NCBI GenBank assembly: GCA_947177185.1
Contig: CAMWTJ010000004.1
Coordinates: forward strand, 32,175 to 96,174
DNA: 64,000 nucleotides
Direction: 5' to 3'
DNA from: an uncultured Porphyromonadaceae bacterium
GTDB taxonomy: Bacteria > Bacteroidota > Bacteroidia > Bacteroidales > Muribaculaceae
Part shown: positions 17,414-26,951 of the stretch, piece by piece
How the letters are laid out: the number at the start of each line of letters is the position of its first letter
How positions within the stretch are numbered: the first letter of the stretch is position 1
The notes under the pieces: generated by a model
Told to the model about the DNA's origin: nothing
The model's input: only the letters and a program-made list of their open reading frames with translations
Database searches by the model: none
Translations under genes and position numbers: made by a program

Positions 17414-17465
17414 AGGGTTTCCAATAGGTACAATTTCTAAGGTAAAAAAGATTGTTTTAGGTTCG
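17372..17465 (-). ncRNA. Candidate intergenic sRNA A (about 95 nt)
   Basis: TTTG (17502-17499), 20 nt, GAACTTTG (17478-17471); no ATG; ends at the terminator above. Confidence 0.35.
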
Positions 17466-17670
17466 TGATGCAAAGTTCGTCCTTTTTGTGGAGTCGTACA
17501 AATTTTTTTATATGTTATGCGACATGTTTTTACAGCATTTAACGCTGCTCGCTGTTCTGTTTTGGCGGTGTATATAGTTGCGGCACAGCATGTTACGTAT
17601 GCGTACAAGTGGCGTTTTCAGGCGCGCGACGAGCCCTGAAGTGTAAAAAAATGTGCATTTCAGGCTGCGA

Positions 17671-18423
17671 TTACTGCCGAAATCTGTGCAACTCTACGCT
17701 ATGGCCGTCGAACGTGGCGTAGCTATCGTTGTGAATCCAGTCGCCCAGCACTATAAGCCTGCAATCGGGTCCTGCGGGCTCGTCGACCACCACGTGATGG
17801 TGGCCGAGCACTATATAGTCTATGTCGGGGTGTGCAGAGGCGTATTCCTCGGCCCAACGGCGCACGTCGCTCTGCATGCGTCCTTCCCACCGCGCGGGAG
17901 CATCCGGGGCATAGCCGCGGCTTCCCGAACTCCATTTATGGGCAAACGGCACCGTCCAGCGCGGGTGTATGGCCGCATACAGCTTCTGGCAGAAACGGTT
18001 GCGAAAAGCGCTGCGCATGATTCTGAAACTGATGTCGGTGCGGCCGAGGCCGTCGCCGTGGCTTATGAAAAAACGTTTGCCGCCATAGTCGCGCACTATC
18101 GGTCCGTCGGCCACCTCGATGCCGATTTCGTCGCGCAGGTAGTCGAAGAGCCATATGTCGTGGTTGCCGAGCAGCCAGGTCACACGCACTCCCGAATCGG
18201 CCAGTGCGGCCAGCTCGCCGAAAAAGCGCACATAGCCGCGCGGCACCACCGTTTTGTACTCATACCAGTAGTCAAGGATGTCGCCTGCGAGTATGAGGTC
18301 GGAGGCGCGCTCGCCGGCCGCGCGCAGGAAGGCCGCCACGCGCGCCTCGTGGGCGCGGCGGTCGGGCATATAGCAGGCGCCCAGGTGCATGTCGCTGGCA
18401 AAAAATACGGTGTCGCGGCCCAC
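17671..18423 (-). CDS. lpxH: UDP-2,3-diacylglucosamine diphosphatase
   Basis: Metallophosphoesterase motifs SDMHLG, GDILDYWYEY, LGNHD, SHGD and GHHH. Confidence 0.85.
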   Translation of the reverse strand: MGRDTVFFASDMHLGACYMPDRRAHEARVAAFLRAAGERASDLILAGDILDYWYEYKTVVPRGYVRFFGELAALADSGVRVTWLLGNHDIWLFDYLRDEIGIEVADGPIVRDYGGKRFFISHGDGLGRTDISFRIMRSAFRNRFCQKLYAAIHPRWTVPFAHKWSSGSRGYAPDAPARWEGRMQSDVRRWAEEYASAHPDIDYIVLGHHHVVVDEPAGPDCRLIVLGDWIHNDSYATFDGHSVELHRFRQ

Positions 18424-18433
18424 GGCTGTAATG

Positions 18434-18754
18434 TCAGAGAAATCCGAGCTCGAGTTTGGCTTCCTCGCTCATCATGTCTTTGTTCCACTCCGGCTCGAAC
18501 ACGAGATTTATCACCACCGACTTGATGCCGTCGATGCTTTCGAGCTTGATGCGCGCGTCCTCGATTATAAAATCGGCCGCAGGGCAGTTCGGAGCGGTAA
18601 GTGTCATGTCAATCGTGAGATTGGCATCGTCGTCTATGTCAATCTTGTATATGAGGCCGAGGCTGTAGATGTCGACCGGTATTTCGGGGTCGAAGACTGT
18701 GCGCAGCATCTTCACTACGTTTTCTTCGAGCAGCAGGCGTTGTTCGGGTGTCAT
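18434..18754 (-). CDS. DUF59 / SufT-like Fe-S cluster assembly protein
   Basis: VFDPEIPVDIYSLGLIY, MTLTAPNCPAA and W-x3-MMSEEAKLELG. Confidence 0.9.
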   Translation of the reverse strand: MTPEQRLLLEENVVKMLRTVFDPEIPVDIYSLGLIYKIDIDDDANLTIDMTLTAPNCPAADFIIEDARIKLESIDGIKSVVINLVFEPEWNKDMMSEEAKLELGFL

Positions 18755-18858
18755 ATCTGCAAATTTAGTCGTTTTTTTTCAGTGGATGGACAAAAAAGCG
18801 AAAAAAAGTGTTTAAATTTGTGGCAGATATTAACAAACACGCTCAAAATCTTTCGACT

Positions 18859-19473
18859 ATGAACATTATCAAACGCGGCGCGCTTGTGCTCGCCCTCGTT
18901 TTGGCCGTAGCTTCTACTGCTTCCGCGCAGTTCCGCTTCGGTGTGCGCGCAGGCATCCAGACCAGCTCCCTGCATTTCGACAAATCCACCTTCGACAGCA
19001 GCAACCGTGTGGGCTTCACCGGCGGTGTGATGGCAGAATTCACCGTGCCCGTGATAGGCATAGGCGCCGATCTTGGTGTGATGTATGCACACCGCAACAG
19101 CGCAGTGCCCGTGTATGATGCAAACGGCACGGAAGTGGACCGCAAAGGACTCGACTACATCGAGATACCGCTCAACCTCAAGTGGCGCATCAATATTCCT
19201 GTGGTAAACAATATCATACGCCCTTACCTGTTCACGGGTCCGAGCTTTGCGTTCCTCGCGTCGAAGCGGGCCATCACAGACGCGTTCAAAAACAAAAGCT
19301 GCGACGTGGCCTGGAACGTCGGTGGCGGCGTCGAGCTGCTGAAGCACCTTCAGGTGGGTGCATCCTATGGCTTCGGCATGACCAAGGCGTTTGATTACGT
19401 AGGAATCACCGACAACGGCCAGATCAACGGCCGCACCCGCTGCTGGACCATTACTGCGGCCTACCTTTTCTGA
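18859..19473 (+). CDS. Porin-family outer-membrane beta-barrel protein
   Basis: Signal ending ASAQ, FRFGVRAG, LDYIEIPLNLKW, terminal strand WTITAAYLF. Confidence 0.8.
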   Translation: MNIIKRGALVLALVLAVASTASAQFRFGVRAGIQTSSLHFDKSTFDSSNRVGFTGGVMAEFTVPVIGIGADLGVMYAHRNSAVPVYDANGTEVDRKGLDYIEIPLNLKWRINIPVVNNIIRPYLFTGPSFAFLASKRAITDAFKNKSCDVAWNVGGGVELLKHLQVGASYGFGMTKAFDYVGITDNGQINGRTRCWTITAAYLF

Positions 19474-19486
19474 GGCTGACAGAATA

Positions 19487-19547
19487 CTCCCGATAAACAA
19501 AACGTCCGCTCTGCTCGTTCGGCAGGGCGGACGTTTTTTGTCGGGAG
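19487..19547. terminator. Bidirectional terminator between convergent genes
   Basis: Long inverted repeat with core AAAACGTCCGCTCTGC...GCAGGGCGGACGTTTT. Confidence 0.75.
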
Positions 19548-19559
19548 AGTGTGGTGTGC

Positions 19560-19985
19560 TTATTTGATGGCGTCGGCCAGCTCCTGAGCGGAGTATGCGA
19601 GGGCGAAATTGGTGTTGCGGTCGTCGCTGCACAATATCACAATGCGCAATCCGAGATTGGCCTGTGAGGCCATACGGAAGATTTCCCGCATGTCGGTGTT
19701 GCCGGACAGCATCTTGAGCATGGTGGGGCGCATCATGGTCATGTTTTGCTCTATCATGGGAAACTGAGCGGCGGGGATGCCCATGGCGAGATGGATTTCC
19801 ACGGCGTCGGCTGTCAGCTTTACGGCGTCGAGGCTCGAGCCCTGGTCTACTTTCACCGGGCACACGGCGTTGGCTTCGGCTACGATAGTTTCAAGCGATT
19901 TGTCTTCAGCCCGGGCCTCGGTGCTGCCGCATAGCGCGGCAGTGGCCGCCATTGCCGCGCAAAGTATTGTGTGCCTGAGCTTCAT
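19560..19985 (-). CDS. Secreted hypothetical protein (141 aa)
   Basis: Signal MKLRHTILCAAMAATAALCGSTEARA; ATGA overlap with the META gene; contains ANAVCPVKVD. Confidence 0.65.
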   Translation of the reverse strand: MKLRHTILCAAMAATAALCGSTEARAEDKSLETIVAEANAVCPVKVDQGSSLDAVKLTADAVEIHLAMGIPAAQFPMIEQNMTMMRPTMLKMLSGNTDMREIFRMASQANLGLRIVILCSDDRNTNFALAYSAQELADAIK

Positions 19986-20896
19986 TCCTGTGAGTTTTGC
20001 TGTGTGGAGCGTTTCAGAGTCATGAGCTGCGCTCCGCTTTCGTCGAGGAGCATGGCAGTGTCGGTGCCGCCCTGTATGGCGGATGCGGTCTGTTCGAGCG
20101 CTACGAGCATGGCGGTTTCCTGTGCTGTTTTGGGGCATGCCATGCGGGTCACGCCCATGTTGCTGAGCTTGATGGCGTTTGTGCGTTCGGGGCTGATGTA
20201 GATGTCGCCGTTGAAATAGTTGCATCCGGTGTTGCCGTGCACTTTGCCTTCAGCTATGTCGAAGAAGATGTTGCACTCTTCGTCGTCAATGGCCTGGCCG
20301 TCGATGGAGGTCACCTGCCACTGTCCGTTGAGGAATCCCATGTTGTGGCGGCGTGCAGTCAGCAGTTTGTGTCCGTTGCTCTCCATAAGGTAGAGATAAG
20401 ATTCGTGTCCGATTTTTTCGATTGCCACCGTGCGCGGAGTGCCGTCGCCGATAGCCACGTTTATGGCGTGCTCGAAATCTGCGTCAGGGCAAAAACGCAT
20501 GGTGCTTGCCACTTTTGAGAAAGTGATGGTGCTCCCGGCCAGAGTGTAGCTGCCGTTGAGGATGTTGCAGCCGTTGTTGCCGTACAGGCGTCCGTTGTCG
20601 AAATTCAGGTATGGCATTTCTTCGCGTTCGCCCACAGCGGTTCCGTTCACGTCCACAATGGTCCACTCGCCGGCCAGCTGTTCGCCGGTCACAGCAGCAG
20701 CCTGATTTTTCGACGGTTTTGCGGGTTTCGCGGCCGTGGGGTTCTTGTGTGTCTTTCCGGCCTGGGGTGTGGAGGTTTTGTCGGTTGTTGAAGCAGTGCC
20801 GGCGGCTCCGCTCACTCGGGTGGCGTTTTGGCTTGTGGTGCACGCTCCGAGGGCGAGAAGTGCCGCTGCGGCGAGATAGATGTGTATGGTTTTCAT
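19982..20896 (-). CDS. Double META (HslJ-like) domain lipoprotein
   Basis: Lipobox LGAC; two copies of W-x-I/V...G-x-x-GCN...T-M/R-x-x-CP. Confidence 0.85.
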   Translation of the reverse strand: MKTIHIYLAAAALLALGACTTSQNATRVSGAAGTASTTDKTSTPQAGKTHKNPTAAKPAKPSKNQAAAVTGEQLAGEWTIVDVNGTAVGEREEMPYLNFDNGRLYGNNGCNILNGSYTLAGSTITFSKVASTMRFCPDADFEHAINVAIGDGTPRTVAIEKIGHESYLYLMESNGHKLLTARRHNMGFLNGQWQVTSIDGQAIDDEECNIFFDIAEGKVHGNTGCNYFNGDIYISPERTNAIKLSNMGVTRMACPKTAQETAMLVALEQTASAIQGGTDTAMLLDESGAQLMTLKRSTQQNSQE

Positions 20897-21026
20897 ATAT
20901 CTGTTGAACTTGGTTTTACGCTTGTGTTTTATATTAGAGCGCCGTGGCGCGGAAAGGTTTAAGCGCACCGCGCGCGTACGCACATAAGAGAAACGCGTGC
21001 CGTGGCGCATTTGTTCTGAAATGCAA

Positions 21027-21062
21027 GAAGGCTGTCGTGGCGATTAGCCTTCGACAGCCTTC
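21027..21062 (-). terminator. Hairpin downstream of rpsO
   Basis: Perfect 11-bp stem GAAGGCTGTCG/CGACAGCCTTC, 14-nt loop. Confidence 0.55.
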
Positions 21063-21096
21063 CTGTTTGGGTGGTTCTGTAAGTGAAGCCCGGGGC

Positions 21097-21372
21097 TTAC
21101 TTGCGGATACCGAGCTCTTTCTTGGCGATAATGGCACGGTAGCGGTTGATGTCTTTGCGCATCAGGTAGTCGAGAAGACGACGACGCTTACCTACCAGCA
21201 TCTTCAGAGCACGTTCAGTAGTATGATCTTTGTGATTTAACTTAAGGTGTTCAGTTAAATGACGAATACGAACCGAGAATAATGCAATCTGGGCTTCAGG
21301 AGAGCCAGTGTCAGTCTTACCCTTACCGTATTCCTCGAAGATCTTCACTTTTTCTTCAGAATTTAAGTGCAT
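21097..21372 (-). CDS. rpsO: 30S ribosomal protein S15
   Basis: DTGSPEAQIALF, LTEHLK, LVGKRRRLLDYL; -7 box TACCTTTG at 21431-21424. Confidence 0.97.
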   Translation of the reverse strand: MHLNSEEKVKIFEEYGKGKTDTGSPEAQIALFSVRIRHLTEHLKLNHKDHTTERALKMLVGKRRRLLDYLMRKDINRYRAIIAKKELGIRK

Positions 21373-21524
21373 TCTTTCAGAGTTTTGGTGGTTAATAAAT
21401 ATGTTTTTCGCTTAATGCGACTGCAAAGGTACGAAAAATAATCGTATCACGCAAGCGTTTGGTGCGTTATGTGCGCATTTTTTTCAGTGGTGTCGCGCTC
21501 GGATGCTGTTGCGAGGGTGGGGCG

Positions 21525-22352
21525 CTACATATTGTCGAACGTGAAACTGTCGGCGTCGCGCACCGCGGCGAAGCGGCTGCGGTCGCGTAGCAGGCTGTCG
21601 AGGCTGAAAGTGGCGCACGTGGTGCCGGGTGCAAACGCGGGCCGTCCCATCCAGTCGAAGGCATAGCTGCATCCGTCGTATCGGCCGTAGGGGTCTTCGC
21701 CGCTGCGGTTGCCGCACACTATCGGTGCCTGGTTTTCAATAGCGCGCGCTATGAGCAGATGCTCGAGGGCATAGGCACGGGCCGAAGGCCAGTTGGCGGG
21801 CATGAGCATGATGTCGTAGGCATAGTCGAGTGCGCCGGTGTCCGCGGCTGCGGTGTTGCGCATCCATGCCGGAAAGCGGAGGTCGTAGCATACGCACATG
21901 GCCACACGCCAACCCCTGAACATCACAGTCGGAGGGCGGGAGTGCCCTTGCCCGAACACCTGCGCCTCGCTGCTCATTGAAAACAGGTGGCGCTTGTCGT
22001 AGGTGGTGGTGTGCCCCGACGGTTCGGTGAAGAAAGCTCTGTTGTAGCACCGGCCGTCGCTGTCTTTTGCCGCAAAACTGCCGCATACGGCTGCGTCAGT
22101 AAGGCGGGCTATTTCCGCCACGGCCGCTGCCGCCGCGCCGTCGTCGGGCGAGGCAAGCGCGTACATGGCTTCGGGGCTGTTGCTGTAGCCGGTGGAGAAT
22201 AGCTCGGGAAGCACGTATATGTCGGCCTTAACGGGGGCGTCCAGTATCGCGTGGCGGGCAGCGGCGATGTTGGCCTCGACATTGCCGAAGGCGATGTCGA
22301 CAGGGCACACAGCCACTGTGAGCTCACGAGGGCTGTGTGCTGTCGTCGTCAT
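21525..22352 (-). CDS. Carbon-nitrogen hydrolase (nitrilase superfamily, omega-amidase-like)
   Basis: E-K-C triad contexts LPELF, YDKRHLF and VCYDLRFP. Confidence 0.85.
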   Translation of the reverse strand: MTTTAHSPRELTVAVCPVDIAFGNVEANIAAARHAILDAPVKADIYVLPELFSTGYSNSPEAMYALASPDDGAAAAAVAEIARLTDAAVCGSFAAKDSDGRCYNRAFFTEPSGHTTTYDKRHLFSMSSEAQVFGQGHSRPPTVMFRGWRVAMCVCYDLRFPAWMRNTAAADTGALDYAYDIMLMPANWPSARAYALEHLLIARAIENQAPIVCGNRSGEDPYGRYDGCSYAFDWMGRPAFAPGTTCATFSLDSLLRDRSRFAAVRDADSFTFDNM

Positions 22353-22893
22353 CGTCCGTGGTGAATTTGTTGGGATACTTGCCGGTGTATGGCTTGTAGT
22401 ATGACTTTACGGCGCTCATGTCGGCATCTATGTCGCCGGTGGTGGTGAGCATGTCGTGTATGAATATACGGCGTGTGCCGAAGTCTATTACCGCGAGCAT
22501 TATAGGCACATCGGCCGCATAACTGATGCGCAGAAAGCCGGAGTGCCAGCGTGTGGTGCGTTTGCGGGTGCCCTCGGGGGCGATGGCGAGCCGCAGGTTG
22601 TCGCTGCTCTTATAGCGCCGTACGAGCGCGTCGACCAGCGACGGCGCTCCCGGGCGCCGGTCTACGGGCACACCGCCTATCGCACGGAATATGGGACCGA
22701 GCGGCCAGAAGAACCAGCTTTTTTTCATTAGAAATCCGGCGCTTCTTCCCACGCTGCGTATGGCCAGCTCGCCGAGCAGAAAGTCGACGTTGCTGGTATG
22801 CGGCGCGACGCATATGATGCATCGCGGAATGTCGGGCACACTCACGCTCACCTGCCATCCGAACAGTTTCAGGATGCGGGCGTAAATGTTCAT
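22324..22893 (-). CDS. PlsC-like acyltransferase
   Basis: HxxxxD motif PHTSNVD, GGVPVDR and APEGTR. Confidence 0.85.
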   Translation of the reverse strand: MNIYARILKLFGWQVSVSVPDIPRCIICVAPHTSNVDFLLGELAIRSVGRSAGFLMKKSWFFWPLGPIFRAIGGVPVDRRPGAPSLVDALVRRYKSSDNLRLAIAPEGTRKRTTRWHSGFLRISYAADVPIMLAVIDFGTRRIFIHDMLTTTGDIDADMSAVKSYYKPYTGKYPNKFTTDDDDDSTQPS

Positions 22894-23255
22894 TTTCCGG
22901 CGCAGCTGTTCTTGACTATGTCGCGCACGCTTTGCGGCAGCATCGAGTTCATTTCTTTGATGATGGCCGCCACCTCGGTGTCGATATCGGAGTTGAGGCG
23001 CGCGAAGGCAGCGCGGTTGTAGGCGCGGAGTGCGGTGTGGTAGGCGCGCGGTGTTTCAAAATCGGCCGGAGTTTTTTCAAAGCTGAAATTGCAGTGCGAC
23101 AGCGAGTTTACCTGCAGGCGCGCAATGCGTGCCACGAGTTCGCCTACGCGTTCGGGGTCGAAGCCGGGGATATAGTCGGCGGCGCAGAGCAGTTCGCCGG
23201 CCATAGCGCCGCAGATATTGTGGATTTTCTTCTTTAATTCGCGTTTGTTTGCCAT
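22890..23255 (-). CDS. Conserved hypothetical protein
   Basis: 121-aa helical ORF coupled to plsC by an ATGA overlap. Confidence 0.65.
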   Translation of the reverse strand: MANKRELKKKIHNICGAMAGELLCAADYIPGFDPERVGELVARIARLQVNSLSHCNFSFEKTPADFETPRAYHTALRAYNRAAFARLNSDIDTEVAAIIKEMNSMLPQSVRDIVKNSCAGK

Positions 23256-23261
23256 GATAAA

Positions 23262-24551
23262 TTATTGTTGATTGTGACGTAACAGTATTTTTCTTAGAGC
23301 GGGGAGAGTAGGGTCAATCTTGTCTTTTACGACGGTGCGTGCCATGAACCGGGTGAACTGCAGCGGCAGTTCGATGGCGCGCCCGGTGATGGCCGTCATG
23401 CGGTCGAGAGCCTTGGCCGGATGGGTGTTTATGAGGGCCACGCCGTGGCGTCCGGGCCGGCTGCGGCGCAGCAATGCCGATACTGCCGATGCCGAGCGGG
23501 GCTCGGCCACATAGCCGAGTGCGGAATATACCTCTCGGACGGCGTCCTCCTGCGCCTGCGTAGTAAATACCTCTGCGTGCACTTCGCGCCGCAAGGCGTC
23601 TGCGTCGCCGCCGTACAAGGCCAATAGCCGGGGCATGTTGGCCGGCGAGCTGCCGGTCGGGCCGAGGGGAGGCCCGGACACACCGTCGCCGGCCATGTCG
23701 GCGAATATCCCCGGGGTGCAGGCGCCAATTATCGAGCCTATGGGGGCACCCATACGGCGTGCCATAGCGGCGGCGGTCACATTGCTCAGGTTGCCGCACG
23801 GCATGGCGAAATCGGTTTCGGAGGGTTCTATGCCAGCAGCCTTAAGCCGGGCGCAGGCCTCGAAGAAATAGACTATCTGCGGCAGCACTCTTCCGAGGTT
23901 CAGCGAGTTGGCGCTTGTGAGATGAAACATGGCGTTGAGCTCAGAGTCAAGCAAAGCTGTGTCGACGAGCCGGTTGCAGTCGTCGATTGATCCGCGCACC
24001 TCAATGGGGTGGGTGTTTTCGCCTATCGTGGCGAACTGCGCCTCCTGCATGCGGCTGAGCCGTCCTCGCGGATAGAGTATGAACACGTCCACACCCTCCA
24101 GGCCCTTGAACGCGCTTGCTATGGCGCTGCCGCTGTTGCCGGTGGTGGCTACGAGCACGTTTATGTGGCGGCCCGACGAGCTGGAAGCAAGGTGGCGGTA
24201 GAGTCTGGCAAGAAAGCGCGTGCCCACGTCTTTAAACGACAGAGTGGGGCCGTGGAACAGTTCCAGCGCGAAAATATTGTCTGACAGACGCACGAGCGGT
24301 ATGCGGAAGTTCATGCTGTCGGCCACGATGGTTTTCAGCACGGCTCCGTCTACGTCGTCGCCAAGCAGCTGGTTGGCCACCACATAGGCTATATCGAGCA
24401 GCGAGAGCTGGTCGATATTGTTGAAAAAGGCTTTTGGCACCACGGGCCAGGTACGGGGCATATAGAGGCCTCCGTCGGGAGCCACGCAGTGCACTATGGC
24501 TTGGGAGAGGGTTGCGTCAGGTGATTTTTCCGATGTGCTGTAGTACTGCAT
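23262..24551 (-). CDS. thrC: Threonine synthase
   Basis: APDGGLYMP, LELFHGPTLSFKDVG (PLP lysine), VATTGNSG and ANSLNLGR. Confidence 0.9.
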   Translation of the reverse strand: MQYYSTSEKSPDATLSQAIVHCVAPDGGLYMPRTWPVVPKAFFNNIDQLSLLDIAYVVANQLLGDDVDGAVLKTIVADSMNFRIPLVRLSDNIFALELFHGPTLSFKDVGTRFLARLYRHLASSSSGRHINVLVATTGNSGSAIASAFKGLEGVDVFILYPRGRLSRMQEAQFATIGENTHPIEVRGSIDDCNRLVDTALLDSELNAMFHLTSANSLNLGRVLPQIVYFFEACARLKAAGIEPSETDFAMPCGNLSNVTAAAMARRMGAPIGSIIGACTPGIFADMAGDGVSGPPLGPTGSSPANMPRLLALYGGDADALRREVHAEVFTTQAQEDAVREVYSALGYVAEPRSASAVSALLRRSRPGRHGVALINTHPAKALDRMTAITGRAIELPLQFTRFMARTVVKDKIDPTLPALRKILLRHNQQ

Positions 24552-24552
24552 A

Positions 24553-25665
24553 TTATACAGGAATCACGAGCATAGGTATATCGGCCCGAAACAGCATGGT
24601 GTTGGCGGGCCCGGGATTGAACACGCGGCTGAACATGCCTTTGCGCCTGTTGGGCACCACAATGAGGTCGAACGGACGCTCGGCATGCATGGAGAGCACT
24701 CCCGCCACGGGGTCGGGCGAGTCGGCCTCGCGTGCGTCGAAGCTCCAGTCGGGGTAGTGCTCGCGGCAGTAGGAGAGCATCGACTCTGCCGGCCGTCGCC
24801 CCGCCGAGCGAATCAGGCGTTTTCGCGATGGCACGCTCATCAGCAGTATTTCAAGGCCGCCGCGCGGGCTCATGAGCCTTGCGAAAGTGTCGAGCGCGAG
24901 CATGTCGGTCTGCTCGAGCGTGCCGAGAAACAGCACGCGGCGCAGCTCCGCGAAATCGTCGGGACGTATGGGCTCGGGTATGGTGAGCACGCAGAAGCGG
25001 CCGGCGTCGAGCACCTCGGCGCTCACGCTGCCTATCATTTCGCGCTCTTTGCGTGTGCTGCCGCGCGTGCCCATCACTGCCAGCAGCGGCGGGTTCACCT
25101 TTCCGTCCTCCACGATGGCGTCCTCGGGCACGCCCTCGGCTATGCGCACCGAATAGCTGACGGCCGGCATGCCTTGCCCCCGGAAGGCTGCGCACATGTC
25201 CGACGCAAATTTCTGCATCGACATTTTGGCCGCGCCTTCAAGGCGCTCGCGTGTGTCGCCGTCGGCTATCTCATAGGTGAGATTGTCCGACAGCTGCATG
25301 TTGGCGGCCACATAAGGGTCTATGAAAGCGTGCAGCAGGCGCAGCGACGCCGAGTGGCACGCAGCCAGTCGGCCGGCCACGAGAGCGGCGCTCATGCTGT
25401 AGTCCGAGAAATCCGTGGGCACGAGTATGCTGTGCGTTTCCTCGCAGCGTGTGCTGTCGGCCGAGCGAAACATGTCGGCGTTTTCTATCACACGCAGCGC
25501 CAGCGGCAGGTCGTCTTCCTTTATGCGCACTCTTACGCCCGACGCCACCGTCGGGTCGGTCAGGTTGACGTTCTGGAGCATGACTTCTATGCCCTCGCTT
25601 TCCAGAAGCGAGCGCAAGGCCAGGGCCCGGTCGAATGTGTGGATGGCGACGGTGATGTATCTCAT
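24553..25665 (-). CDS. Universal stress protein with N-terminal DUF2007-like domain
   Basis: LRSLLESEGIEV...SGVRVRIKE, ILVPTDFSDYS and AVMGTRG...IGSVSAEVLD. Confidence 0.85.
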   Translation of the reverse strand: MRYITVAIHTFDRALALRSLLESEGIEVMLQNVNLTDPTVASGVRVRIKEDDLPLALRVIENADMFRSADSTRCEETHSILVPTDFSDYSMSAALVAGRLAACHSASLRLLHAFIDPYVAANMQLSDNLTYEIADGDTRERLEGAAKMSMQKFASDMCAAFRGQGMPAVSYSVRIAEGVPEDAIVEDGKVNPPLLAVMGTRGSTRKEREMIGSVSAEVLDAGRFCVLTIPEPIRPDDFAELRRVLFLGTLEQTDMLALDTFARLMSPRGGLEILLMSVPSRKRLIRSAGRRPAESMLSYCREHYPDWSFDAREADSPDPVAGVLSMHAERPFDLIVVPNRRKGMFSRVFNPGPANTMLFRADIPMLVIPV

Positions 25666-25785
25666 TGTGGGGCGGGCGTGTAGTTGGATAGTGCGAGAGA
25701 GCGAGCGCCGGCACAGTGCTGGCGGTCACTCTCTCTTGATACTTGGTTTATGCGTGTGGTGCTTTTATGCGCACGTCACGCCGGT

Positions 25786-26043
25786 TTATGCGTTTTCCTG
25801 CTCTTTGAGGATAGCGACAGCCATGTCGTAGATAGTGGGGTCGTCGAGTACCACGATACCGCCATCGGGACCCGGCTCGATATGCACGCCGCAGTTTTTG
25901 CCGAAGTCATAGTTAACGCCGCCGAAATAGTTGCGAACAGTCTGCACGGTGGTATTGAGTTTGTCGGCGATCTGATGCATCGAGCCGTCGGGCAAACTGT
26001 CCTTGAGGCGGCGCAGTTCGTTGAAGGTTATAGTCTTAGGCAT
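25786..26043 (-). CDS. Small conserved Bacteroidales DNA-binding protein
   Basis: ITFNELRRLKDSLPDGSMHQIADKLNTTVQTVRNYFGG, an HTH-like pattern. Confidence 0.8.
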   Translation of the reverse strand: MPKTITFNELRRLKDSLPDGSMHQIADKLNTTVQTVRNYFGGVNYDFGKNCGVHIEPGPDGGIVVLDDPTIYDMAVAILKEQENA

Positions 26044-26171
26044 AGTTCGAAGAGTTTAGGTGGTTATTGCGTTATTTTGATGTTGGTAAAGTTACTATCT
26101 TATTTTGAAAATGCCAACAATAAGGCGCGAAAATTTATTATGTTTAAAAACACGTCGGCGCTGAGCGGCGC

Positions 26172-26951
26172 TCAGATTTTTTCCACCTCGCGCGCGCGAA
26201 GCCATGCCCGGGTGCTGTTGTTGATTTTCACGTCGTACCACTTTTCCGAACCTTCGGCGGATGGTGCCATGACGCTGTCCACTACCTGCACTTTGGTGCC
26301 TTCGTGGATGGCCACCACCTTGTCGGTGGCGTTTTGCGATGCTTTGGGTGTGGAACTCAGCAGTGCGGTGGGCACAGTCACTACTGCCTCGTTGCTGCGC
26401 CGCGGGGCTGAGGCAGTCTGCGCGGCTATCGTGACTGCGTAGACAAACAGGCACGTGAGTGCGATACCGCCGAAGAAACCCGTCTTGCGCAGCGCCACCG
26501 AGCCGGCAAAGATGTAGAGGGCCGCCATGCCGGCCACAGCCACAAACAGCGCGAGTGCCAGCCATGCCCAGCCGTCGGTGCTCATCCAGGCCGTGATGCT
26601 TTCGTGCAGATTGCCTAGAAACGAGCTGTCGTCCTCGGGCAAGTCCTGAATCTTGGTGCGTACGAATTCAAGATTGGTGCGTGCGTCGGCATGCGACGGG
26701 TCGAGGCGCAGGGCGCGCTCGTAGTTAATGATGGCATGTCCGGCATCGCCATCGCGCCAGTAGGCGTTGCCCAGGTTGTAGTATGTGTCGGCGGTGGGTG
26801 CTTCCTCGGCTATCGAGCGAGTGTAGAGCGCCACAGCGTCGGTATATTGTTCGGCCATGTAGGCGGAGTCGGCGCGCGAGGCGAGCGACACGGCGCCGGC
26901 GGCTGCCGTGCCTATGGCCAAGGCTGTGAGCAGTGTGATGGTCTTTTTCAT
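26172..26951 (-). CDS. batE: BatE (TPR + SH3b)
   Basis: YYNLGNAYWR, YERALRLDP, TM pair, C-terminal SH3 (EGTKVQV...WYDVKI); last gene of the bat operon. Confidence 0.85.
   Translation of the reverse strand: MKKTITLLTALAIGTAAAGAVSLASRADSAYMAEQYTDAVALYTRSIAEEAPTADTYYNLGNAYWRDGDAGHAIINYERALRLDPSHADARTNLEFVRTKIQDLPEDDSSFLGNLHESITAWMSTDGWAWLALALFVAVAGMAALYIFAGSVALRKTGFFGGIALTCLFVYAVTIAAQTASAPRRSNEAVVTVPTALLSSTPKASQNATDKVVAIHEGTKVQVVDSVMAPSAEGSEKWYDVKINNSTRAWLRAREVEKI

Noticed and set aside
21130-21420. Lower G+C in rpsO as a sign of transfer
   Set aside because: This is expected codon usage for a highly expressed ribosomal protein gene.
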